Assembly (NCBI RefSeq): GCF_009914755.1
Contig: NC_060948.1
Length of the DNA stretch: 64,000 nt
Reading direction: 5' to 3' (one strand)
Origin: the human T2T-CHM13v2.0 reference genome, Homo sapiens
Shown here piece after piece: positions 13,150 to 27,600 of the stretch. The notes under the pieces are model-generated. The model ran no database searches, was not told the origin of the DNA, and saw only the letters and a list, made by a program, of their open reading frames with translations. The position numbers and the translations under genes were made by a program. Positions within the stretch are counted from its first letter, which is position 1, and every line of letters begins with the position of its first letter.

Positions 13150-14070
13150 GTGCAAACATCAAAAATAAGTAAGCAAACAGATAACCGAATGCACTGTTTA
13201 TGGACTAAAAGCAGGGAAATCATTATTTTCAGATAATATGCTACTGTGAATAGAAAATCCAAGAAAATCTAGGGACAAATTAAATAATGTGTAACTATAA
13301 AACTAGTAGAAAAAAAGTCCAGCAAAATGCAAGATAAGAATATACAAAAGTTAACTGAATTGTTACATTAGCAATAAACAATTGAAAAACATTCAAAAAA
13401 CACTATAATACCACCAACAATAACCAAAGTCAACTAAAAAAAAAATCTAACACAATATGTGTGAGACCTTTATGGAGAAAAGTAATACTACATAGCATTA
13501 TCTTTTTGAAATAAAGAAATAAATGAAGGTAGACCCAAATAAATGAAGAGCTATACAATGATCATGGACATTAGGCTTTAATATCTTCAAGATGAAAATT
13601 CTCCACAAAATATAAACTTGATGTAACTTCTAATAAAACCCTGATAGGACTGTTTGTAGAACTTAACACTCTGATCTTAAAGCTCAAAGAAGACAGAGAG
13701 CCAGATAAAACCAAGATAACTCTGGAGAATAAGAGGACACTCATTCTACCAACTGCTGAGGCTTACCAGAAAAAGTTATAGTATAAAAACAGTATGGTTT
13801 AGACAAAGACAAATAGATGGATTTAAAAAGCACAGAACCTTAGTTTGGGCTTGTAAATATCAGACTCCCATATGAGTTGGGGGAAAGGGAAGAATTAATA
13901 AACCTATGAGGCTGACACTAGCAGGTACTCATATGGAAAAGATGAGAAATAGAGCCCCACACCACTCCAGACACGCAAATCCATTCCAGAAGCATTGACT
14001 ACTGTCACATGAAAAGCAACGCAACAAACCTCTAGAAGAAAAAGTAAGAGGCAATGCCTTCATGTAAGGT
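13150..14070 (+). mobile_element. Old L1 (L1M) ORF2-derived fragment
   Basis: A-rich, degraded L1 ORF2 motifs (TATGTGTGAGACCTTTATGGAGAAAA, CCAAATAAATGAAGAG, AAAACAGTATGGT). Confidence 0.6.
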
Positions 14071-14109
14071 CCTGAAGACAGGATTCTGGCTGCTCAATAA
14101 ATACTGCTT

Positions 14110-14610
14110 TGTTGCTGTGTAAGAAGATAACACAGACTTAGTGGGTTAGAGCAACAGAAATGTGTGGCAATGCACTCTCATCATGCTGAGGTCAGAAGTC
14201 CTAAATGAATTCCACTGGGCTAAAGGCAAGGTGTTGTCAGAGCTGGCTCCTTCTCAAGATTCTGGGGAATAATCCACTTCCCTGCCTTTCTCGGATGTTG
14301 GTGGTGACCTGTACTCTGCCATTCATGGCCCCTTCCTCCAGTTTCAAAGTGGGTCACTCCTATCTCGGCTTCCATCTTCACATCACCGTCTGCAGCCAAA
14401 TCTCTGCAGCCAAATGTCCCTCTTAAAAATAATGACCCTTGTGATGACATTCAGGGCCCACCTGGATAACTCAAGATAATTCCTCCCATCTCAAGATCCT
14501 TAACTTCATCACATCTGCAAATCTCATTTTGCCATATGAGGTCGCACATTCAGAGGTACCAGAGACTAGGACCTGAATATCTTTGGGAGCCATTAATTAG
14601 CCAGCGACAA
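14110..14610 (-). mobile_element. MaLR LTR (MLT1C/D-like)
   Basis: GAGGTCAGAAGTCC...CTAAAGGCAAGGTGTTGTCAG...GGGCCCACCTGGATAA..CAAGATAAT..CCCATCTCAAGATCCTTAACTTCATCACATCTGCAAA. Confidence 0.8.
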
Positions 14611-14762
14611 ATATGTTCAACTGTTATTTGCTGAATAAAACAAGGAGAGAAAGAAGATGTTTCTTTCTACAAGGCATCGGGTATAAGGCATGAAGGGACA
14701 GAAAAATTGGACAATGTAAAAGTTAAGACTTCCATCAGACACAACAGTAAGAAGACACCTCA

Positions 14763-15042
14763 GGCCAGGCATGGTGGCTCATGCCTGTAATCCCAACACT
14801 TTGGGAGGCTGAGGTGGGTGGATCACTTGAGGTCAGGAGACCAGCCTGGCCAACATGGCAAAACCCTGTCTCTACTGAAAATACAAAAAAATTAGCTGGG
14901 CGTGGTGGTGCACACCTGTAGTCCTGGCTACTTGGGAGGCTGAGGCAGGAGAATCGCATGAACCCAGGAGATGAAAGTTGCAGTGAGCTTAGATCGTGCC
15001 ATTGCACTCCAGCCTGGGTGGCAGGAAAAAAAAAAAAAAAAA
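14763..15042 (+). mobile_element. AluS
   Basis: Dimer with poly(A); TSD AAGAAGACACCT at 14749-14760 and 15041-15052. Confidence 0.93.
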
Positions 15043-15344
15043 GAAGACACCTGAAAGGGACCTTTACAACATAGGACAGAGTGCTGTGGAAAATCTGGGA
15101 AGAATTCCTACAGGGCAAAAAAGAAACAATTCCAGATGCAAATGGGTACAGTCCATCACAGGGGACACCTGAAGGGCTAGTTGGCATGGGAGAACACATC
15201 CCAAAGGTACCAGGAAAACAAGCAATGCCAAGGCCCACAGTGAAAATGCAGTCTGAGGATGGGGAAGGGAATGCAAAGTGGGACTGTTCTGGAGGCTCCT
15301 GGGGACTCTGTCATCCCCCACTAAAGCAGCCCTCAAATTCTCAC

Positions 15345-15742
15345 TGCTATGAACTGAACTGTCTTCCTCTAAAATTCGTATGCTAAGGCCCTAACCCCCA
15401 ATGTGATGGCATTTGGAGGTAGGACCTTTAAGAGGTAATTCAGGTTATGAGATTACAAGGGTGGGGTCCTGATCTCATAGGACTAGCATCCCTATAAAGG
15501 AAGAAACATCAGAGAGCCAGCATGTGTGTTCATGTGTGGTCACGCATTCCCATCTCCCTGCAACCAAACATGTGTGGACACAGTCAGAAGGTAACCCTCT
15601 GCAAGCCAGGAAGCAGTCCCTCACTGGGAGCTGAATCAGCCAGCTCCTTGATCTCAGAGGTCCAGCCTCCAGAAAGGTCAGAAAATAAATTTCTGCTAAG
15701 TCATCCTATCTATTCTGTTATAGCCTGAGCTGCCCAAGATAC
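15345..15742 (+). mobile_element. MaLR LTR (MLT1A/MST-like)
   Basis: TGCTATGAACTGAACTGT...AAAATTCGTATGCTAAGGCCCTAACCCCCAATGTGATGGCATTTGGAGGT...CAGCCTCCAGAA...TATTCTGTTATAGC. Confidence 0.8.
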
Positions 15743-16043
15743 CCACCTTCTACAACATCATGTGTAAAACATAACAGAGTTGATGGGGAAAAAGTTGAGA
15801 AGGCCACTCTGACATATGCCATTTTGTCCCCAGAGCCCAGCAGAAACCAGGAAAATCCCTGCTGTGTTATTTCAGTTCCATCAATGACACCTTAAATGAC
15901 AGTCTATGTTGGCAGCCTTCATCCCTGGGCTGCTGAGCCTCCTGAGACATGTCTGCCTCCAAAGCAGATGGCTTCCAATAGAAACCAGTTGCTTCAAAAC
16001 TGAAAACTAAGTTTGCAGACAGCCTTCTTTAAGAAGTTTACTT

Positions 16044-16955
16044 TTGTTAACCACAAATAAAATTCTAAGTCCACCACCAATTGAAAGGATCCCCCAGCCG
16101 CTCTTCGCCAAGGGCATTCCAAAGTAAAACTGAAAAACTAGTTCAAGGCATGACGGGAAGTGGGGATTGAACATGCCTCATTATATGTGCCTCCCTTTGT
16201 AATTCAGGCACAACTGACCAGCGTTAACATTAAAACAAGAGATCTCAAGATGGACAAAATGGACTCTTTGTAGCAATAAGATACCAAATTCCAACGTGAC
16301 TCTAGTATAGCATCACATGATAGACAGCAGGTCCTGAAAGAAAACAACGTATTTTTTTTACCAAAATATATTTCTTTGACATATTTTGAAATGGCCCTGC
16401 AAAGCTGTCTCTTGTGGGGAAAATTTACACTCTGTAGAGAATCCCCTTACCTTTCCAGGCCTCTTCCTGATCCAGGAGAGATTAACTAAGAGGCTGGCAT
16501 CTTTTTAGGTCTGTTAAGAGACATTTACCCTCTATTCTCTGAGTCTGCTACCTGGAATCTTCTACCACATAATAAGAACCTTGGTCTCCACAACCCCTTA
16601 TCTCAAGCCAGACATTCCTTTCTATTGATTCCAGGTCTTTACATAATAACAACTCTTTCAACCAATTGCCAATCAGAAAATCTCTAAGAATCTACCTATG
16701 ACCTGGAAACCCTCCCCTGACTCCACTTTGTGTTGTCCCACCTTTTTGGACTGAACCAATGTACACCTTACATGTACTCATTGATGTCTTCCTATAACTT
16801 CTACCCCCTAAAATGTATAAAATCAAGCTGCAACCCAACTACCTTGGGCACATGTTCTCAGACCTCTGAGACTATAAAATGGGCCGTAGTCACTCATAGT
16901 TTGCTCAGAATAAACATCTTTAAATATTTCACAGAGTTGACTATTTTTCTTTGGC
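16044..16955 (+). mobile_element. ERV1 solo LTR, MER4 family (MER4B/D-like)
   Basis: TGTTAACCACAAATAAAATTCTAAG...GGGCATTCCAAAG..AACTGAAAAACTAGTTCA...GCTCAGAATAAACATCTTTAAATATTTCACAGAGTTGAC. Confidence 0.8.
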
Positions 16956-17179
16956 ATTTACTTAGACACAGGAGGAAATGTCTTTGCAGTCTGTCCACAG
17001 GCAGGGCAGCATCCTCAAATCTGGTAGACAGTATGGAGGCTCCCTAAGCCATTGCAACAGCCTCTCTTTACACTGAATGAGACACCCCTGCAGCATTTTC
17101 TGCTTTTTGTTCTGGAGCATCACATGATCTCTATGGACACTTGGTGAATTAACCAATGAACTGGAAACAGCTTAAATCC

Positions 17180-17552
17180 ACTATCTTATTCTACTTTTTC
17201 TTGCTATAACAAGATACCATAGGCTGGGTTATTTATAAAGAAAAGAAGTGTATTTCTTACAGCTCTGGATGCTGAGAAACTCAAGAGCATGATGCGGCAT
17301 CTGGTGAGGACCTTCTTGCTGCATCATGACACGGCAAAGGGCATCACATGGTGAGAGGGTGAGATCATGCATGTCAGCTCTGGTCTCTCTTCCTCTTCTG
17401 TTGAAGCCATAAGTCCCATCATGGGGACCCCATGCTGATGATCTTATTTAATCCCAGTGACCTCCCAAAGGCCCTACCTCCAATCGACAGATGAATTTGG
17501 GGATCAAGCTTCCAACACATGAAATTTGAGGAACATGTTCAAACCGTAGCAG
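17180..17552 (-). mobile_element. MaLR LTR (MSTB-like)
   Basis: TTGCTATAACAAGATACCATAGGCTGGGTTATTTATAAAGAAAAGAAG...GCATCTGGTGAGGACCTTCTTGCTGCATCATG...TTCAAACCGTAGCA. Confidence 0.8.
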
Positions 17553-17848
17553 CCACCAACAGGAAACTAAGTAAATGATTGTATAGTAATACCAGGTAAA
17601 ATTATAGAACAGTAAAGAGAAATCAAGTAACATACATTGGCATGTGACAGTGAAATGGGGAAATGTCAATTTCAAAAGAATAGATACATTTATCTAAACA
17701 CTTTCATACATGAATTAAAAATATAGATGGCAATGGCTATCTTCCCCTATCTATAGCCCAACTTCAAAACAGTGATTGCTGCTTTAAAACAGGGAAAACT
17801 GATAGAACAAGTGGCAGTTATCTCAAAATAAATAAATAAATATATATA

Positions 17849-18274
<426 letters not shown>

Positions 18275-20032
18275 CTACTTTTCTGTGTTTATAATGCTTT
18301 TAACTAAAAATAAAAACTTTAGAAATTAGATGACCATGGCACAGGGTCTGCCTGTAATGGTCTTTCCAGTGCAAGCCCTTGATATATCAAATCTGTTCAT
18401 TTTGGAAGCTGGACAGATGTGCTTGTGGGGGGATCTCAGTGGATGAGAACATGGCAGGCTGTGCTGCTGCAGGGAGGCAGAGCTGATGCTTCTTGAGGGC
18501 TTCCTGCAAGTCAGCCTACCAGCTAGGCCTACATTTTAGTATCTCTTGTCAGTCCCGGGAGAATGTGATAGGAGGACGTTGTGACTTCCCCTTATCTGAT
18601 AGATAAGGAGCCTTAGAAGATAAGCTCCTGGTGCATCACAGCCAGAAAGAGAGGCATCTCACCCTCAATCCAAATTCAAGATTCTCCAGACAATTTTCAA
18701 AAAATAGTCTGCTTGTGCAAAAAGGAGCTCAGTGGAAACTGCCCCAAATCTTTGCAGTGAGAGGTCTCAGAGGAGTGAAATTTGAATCAATTCACTCCCC
18801 ATCTTTCACGCAAATCACACACCCTCTTCAACAGGGAGGCTGGAGGAGGACAGAAGGCAGAATGCAAAATATCTATACATGCGTGCTTTTTATTGTGCAC
18901 TTCTAAATTAATAGGTTTTATTTTTCTAGAGCAGGTTTATGTTTATAGGAAACTGAGCTGATAGTACAAGAGAGTTCCCACTGATCCAGTTCCTAGTTTG
19001 TAGTCTGTCTGCTCTAACAAATCTGTTGCACTTAGGATCTAAAAGGAAATGTAAAATCAAAATACAACCCTTCCAGATGCCAGTGGCCTCCAAATTTTCA
19101 GGTGCCCTGTGTTTGTTCCTCAGCCTCCCGTGATTGGCTTGGGTCCATCTGGAGAGTTCTGGCTCCTGGGTTGTGAATGTAAGGGAGGGGTGTGGCAGTC
19201 GAGACTAGCCACTAAAATCATCCCCAAGTACAAGCCAAGTTCTTAAAATCCCAGTACCTGGCAGTAGAGGGCTGGGAGATTAACTGGCCTTTGAAGATTA
19301 AATATCACAGCACATTGCATCTCAGCAGTGTCTGTCTAGGCAGAGGGGCTTTGGCATTAAACAGACCCAGCAACCTAGGCTACTGCAGAGAAGACAGAAG
19401 CATGACCAGGTTCTATTCCAGCTCCAGACCTAACACCAGAGCAGCCACAGAATAACCCAGCAGGCCCCAGTGTCCCCAGTGAGGGGCTGACCGCAGGGTG
19501 ACCCACCTAAGACACCTCCAATTCACAAAAGGGCCTCATGACAGCTGCTGCACCTTCTAAACTATGGGTTACCAGAAACTAAGTTAAATTACTGTGCCTA
19601 GGAACTGGGAACATCACACAACAAAATCACACAGCTCTGAGACCTCTATGGAGCGATGAAATGTCACTGGTAAACTAAGATGTGCCTGTTACTAAACATA
19701 TTTAGTGTACAGATGTGCTTGTAAACTAAACAGATTTCAAATCAAGGGTAAGAACTCTCGACAGCTTTCTGTGCCGCACCCAATTCCATCAAAAGCCGGC
19801 CTCAGGCATCTATCTGTTGGGGGCCTAGGAGAGATGCCAAGTCCTTGAGTCTGAAGGGCACTTTCCAATCACCTGCTTGGGGACGGCCTTGACTCCACCA
19901 TGAGTGGGACTGTAGCTACTCCATCCTGCCATCATCTGTAATGACAGTATTTAAGCCGGAGGTGGGTTCCTTTAATTCCTATTATTCCAATGTTTGTGGG
20001 AACCCAGCTGTCCTTTGCAATCTTAACTTTAA

Positions 20033-20485
<453 letters not shown>

Positions 20486-21218
20486 TAGGATGCTATGCTG
20501 TGCAGCAGCCCCACAGCCTCAAGGCCCCTAAAGCATGAAGAATGAAGCCCAAACACCAGGTGGGAAGGCTGTTCTCGCTTCTCTCTGTGAATCCTGGTCA
20601 AATCCCAGAAAGGGAGATCATTCATCCCAGAAATCTTCCTCCTGGGAACTTCTCAGCCGTTGAGATTTGGATGCCAGGGGTTGCCTGGGGACCTGGGAAT
20701 CATTCACCTTGAAATACACCCAAGTGAAACAGGGGCTCAGCCAAGGTTGAGAACTGGCAACATCTTTTATGTGGCGTTGTCATGTAACCTTTTCTCAGGA
20801 GCAGAGACACTTCTCATCCTCGGGCCTACCTCCTGGAACACTTCCCGGCTGATCTCACAGTCCAGCCCTACCAACTTCTCAGGACCCAGTGCAGACCACG
20901 TCCGGGGAGCACCCTCCACGAGCACTCTGTCGGGAAGCCGTCTCCTCTGTCCTCTGCTGAGCATGAGTGGAGGACAACTCTCCAACAAAAACTTCTACAC
21001 ATTTCCAATCTTAGTATAGCAGACATCAAATATGTGGTCAAACTACATACATAGGAAGAATTGAATTATATAATTATATTCAAGCATTTTAAAATAATTC
21101 CCCTTCAGTTTGTTTTGCAGTTATTTTACATAATCAAATGTCTTCCTGATATACTTTCCAACCCAGTGGTTGTCAAGCTCTGCTTTGTTTTCTAATTGCA
21201 TCAGAATTATCCACAAGT

Positions 21219-21514
<296 letters not shown>

Positions 21515-21984
21515 TAAATCAGCACAACTCAAGATTTAAGAAATAAAAATTTCCAAGAGAAGAAACCCAGGAATATGCATTGAAAATGTCTCCCTCAGGT
21601 GATTCTGATGTGATATGTGGTCTGAGTTTAAAATGCAAGGAAAATTACCTTCCCTGCCCTCCAGTTGGCCCTTATGTCCAGATGTCTCTCTTTCCTTTTC
21701 TCACTGTGCTCTCTCCTTCTGTGCCTTTGTTCTATTCTCTCTCCACTTCTCATCCATATGCCAAGCCCTCTTCCATCAATTGTCTTAAAACTCCAAATGG
21801 TCAGTCGCCTCTAAACTTTCCTCTGTCTCATGAACAAGTTATGCAGGCAAAAGTAGAATTTAAGCTTGGACCAAGCTGAATCAAGAGCTGCAATTAAAGG
21901 TTTCCCTAAGCCCAGAGGGGACCAGCGAATACTTATAGAAGATTTTGGATTTCCTCTGAATGCATAAGCCTCTCGGTAACCTGA

Positions 21985-22345
21985 TTCTATAGACCAAATG
22001 TCATTGTCCCCCTCAAATTCAAGTGCTGATATCTAATTCCCTATGTGATGACATTTGGAGGTAGGGCCTTGGGGAATGATTAGCTCATGAAGGCAGGGGC
22101 CACAGGAGTGGGATTAGCAGCCCCTATTGAAGGCACCATAGAGAGCTCCCTCATCCCTTCTGTCATGTGAGGACATGGTAGAAACATGGCTGTCTGTGAA
22201 CCACAAAGCAAGCCCACACCAGACATGGAATCTGCTAACCACTTGACCTTGAATTTTGCCATCTCCAAAACTGAAAGAAACAAATTGGTTTATAAGCTTC
22301 CTCATCTATGGCATTCTGTTTTGACCCCAGATTAGCTAAATACAC
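21985..22345 (+). mobile_element. MaLR LTR (MLT1A/MST-like)
   Basis: GTCCCCCTCAAATTC...ATGTGATGACATTTGGAGGTAGGGCCTTGGG...CATGTGAGGACATGG...TATGGCATTCTGTT. Confidence 0.75.
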
Positions 22346-22649
22346 CAAAATATCAACTTGTACACCAAATTTTGGAAATGGATGCTAAAACTTTGATGGC
22401 AAAAGGTGACTGATCTGCCTGAGAAATGAAACTACATGATCCCTTTTTCCACAAAGCTGGAGGGAGAGTCAACAAGAGCAAAAATAGGTCAAATTCTTCT
22501 AAAAGCCATACCTGAAGGGTTTTCAATATCACTTGATCAGATCGTAATTTAATCACACAAAGAGCCATAACAAAACACACAACTATCAGAGGTTTTCAAT
22601 GTCACCTTAAAAACATTATCTACAATATTAGGGAGTGAAAGAAGTCATG

Positions 22650-23902
<1,253 letters not shown>

Positions 23903-23946
23903 CTATGGGGCTAACTCTAGGATGTGGGTGCCTGGTTATCAGGATT

Positions 23947-24515
<569 letters not shown>

Positions 24516-24683
24516 GGTTACCAGAATTCTAAGTTCTGTTAGGGTCTGTTGCCAAGGAAGTGAGGTCACTTCTTTAAGGCTCTGTCCCCTTGGCCTCCTC
24601 CTTCCAGAAGACCTACTCAGGACCCCAGTGGGCTGCTGACTGCTCACCTTCCCCACAGGTCAACTCCTTACCTGTACACAGTT

Positions 24684-27600
24684 ATGTCCACCCAGGGCCT
24701 GCTTGGACACCTGCACCTGATGTTCACCAGGGGCCTAGGAATCCACTTGGGGCCTCGGAACCTACAGGGGCCTAATGTTACCCTGCAGATTGGGTAGCCA
24801 CCGGGGGACCAGGCATCAACCTGGGTACTGTGGTTGACCTGTGGGCTAATGTCCAGCTGGGGATTGGTTATTCACCTGAGGACTGATGCGTACCTGGGGC
24901 TGAATGTCCCCCTCAGGGTGAATTCCACCTCAGGCCTGTATGTCCACCTGGGGCCTGATGTCTGCCTTAGTTCTGTGTCCCACTGGGGCCTTGTGTTCAC
25001 CGGGGACTGGTATCCAGCTGTGGCCTGATGATCTACTGCATCCTGTTGCTCACCTACGGCCTGGTGTCTACCTGGGGCTTGGTGATCACCTGGGAGCTGG
25101 ATATCAACCTGGGGCCTGGGTGTCCACTTAAGGCCTGATGTGGGCCTGGGGCCTGATTGTCCACCTGGGGACTGGGTGTCCACCTTGGGTCTGATGTCTA
25201 CTTGAAGTTAGGTGTCTACCTAAGTCTTGGTGTCTACCTGTGCCCTGATGTCCACATGAGTCTGGGGTTCGGTTGGGGCCTGCTGTACATCTGGGAACTT
25301 GGTGTCTATCTGAGGCCTGATGTCTACCTGGTGACTGCCATCCTCTTGAGGCCTGCTATCCACCTGGGAATGGTTTATCCATGGAAACGGTTATGTCCGC
25401 CTGGGGCTGGATGTTGCCCAGCGGCTAGATGTCCACCTGTGGCCCCGTGTCCACCTAGGGCCTGATGTCCACCTGGGGCATGGTGTTCACCTGAGACCTG
25501 GGTGTTTACATAGGGCCTGATGTCCAGCTGGTGCCTAGGTGCCCACCGGGGGCTTTGTGTTAACCTGGGGACTGGTATCCAGCTACGTCCTAATGACCAC
25601 CTGGGTTGAATTATTCACCTAGAGTTTGGTATTCACTTAGGGCTTGAGTGTCAGCCTTAGACCTGGTGTCCACCTGGGCCTTGTGTATCAAACTAGGGGT
25701 TTGGTATCCAGTTGAGACATCATTTGCACCTGGGGTCTGAGTGTTCGCATGAGGCCAGATGACCACTGGGGACCTGAATGTCAACCTGGGTTCTGAAATT
25801 CACTGGAAGCCTAGGTATCCAGCTGGGGCCTGATGTCCACCTGGGACTAGGTGTCAACATGTGGCCTGATGTAAACCTCTAGTTCAGTGCCCATCTTGGG
25901 CCTGATGTCCACTGGGGGACTGATGTTCACCTTTGATCTGAAATCTACCTGGAAACCGTGTATTCACCCATGGCCTGATGGTCACCTGGGGTTGAATGTC
26001 CAACTGTGGCCAGATGTGCACCCGGATCCTGGGCATCCACCTGGGGCCTGATGTTCATCTGGGGCCTGGAGTTCAACTGAGGCACGATGTCCACCTGAAG
26101 CCTAATGTTCATCTGAGTGCTGAGTCTAATGTACTCCTGGGTTCTAGTGTCCTCTTGGGACCTGATGTCTACCAGGATCCTGGTATCCACTTGGGGCCTG
26201 GTATCCACCTAGGACTTGATATTCACCTGGGGCCTGGGAATCCACTTGATAACTGGTGCCCATCAGGGTCTTATGTTCACCTTGGGACTGGGTAACCACC
26301 TGAGGCCTGATGTCCACTTAGGGCATAAGTGTTTAGCTGGGGTCTAGTGTTCACATGGGGTCTGATGTCAACCTTGAGCCCAGGTATTCACCAGGAGACT
26401 AGTGTCCAGCTGGGACCAGATGTTCACTTGGGGCCTGGTGTCAACTTGAAGCATGGTTGTCAACCTAGGACCTGATGTCCAGTCCAGTGTCCACCTTGGG
26501 CCTGTTTACTACCTGGGGCCTGTGTGTCCACATAGACCCCGATGTCAATCTGGGGCCTGGGTATTTACCGGAGGCCTGGATATTCATTGGTACATTATGT
26601 CTACTGGAGTCTTTGTGTCAATCTGAGCTCTGATGTCCACTTAGAGATTGGGTATCCACCTAAGGCCTGTTGTTTACATGGGGCCTGTAACACGAGGTTC
26701 CAGATAAACTCAGATGTCCACCTGAGGCCTGATGTCCACCTGAGTTCTGAGTGTTAACATAGGGCCTGCTGTCAACCTGGGACCTAAGTATTTACCTAGG
26801 GCCTGGGTGTCCACCTGGGGCCTGACTTCCAAATAGATCTTGTGTCAACAGGTGGCCTGATGTGCACTTTGGGCCTAGGTAACTTCTTGATGACTAATGC
26901 CCACATGGCTCCTAAGGACCTTCTGAGGCCTGGTATTAATTTAGAGACTGGTATACACCTGGTGTCCAGGTATCCACTTGGGACCTGATGTTCACCTGGA
27001 GTGTATGAATTCACGTGGGGCCTGGTGTCCACCTTGAGTGTGTGTATCCAATTGAGTGTGATGTCCACCTGGAGTCCAGTGTATACCCGGGGCCTGATGT
27101 ACACATGGGGCCTGGGCATCCATCTAGGACCTGATATTCAGATAAGGGCTGGCGTTCTCCTGGCCTGGTGTCCACATGGAGCCTGGATATACACTTGGAG
27201 CCTGATGTCCCAGGTGGATACCTGGGCCCCAGTGGTCATCAGATCCTAGGAAACTCTCAGGCCCCAGGTGCACATAAAGCTACAGTGGCCACCTAGGCCA
27301 CAGGTTGATACACAGGGTCCAGGTGGACACTGGGTGCAAGATGAACACCAGGCCCCTGGTGAACACAAAGCCCCAGGTGTCTACCTAGTCCTCAAGTGGA
27401 CACCAGGCACTAGATTGACACACAGGTGCCAGGTGGATATCAGGCCGCAGGTGAACACCAGGCCCCAGGTGGTTGGGTTACTTATAGCATAGGTGGCCAT
27501 CAGGTCCCAGGTCTATATCCACTCCCCACCTGAAAATCAGGATCCAGGTGGATACCCATGTTCTAGGTGAACACCAGTTTCCAAATGGATATCAGGCTCC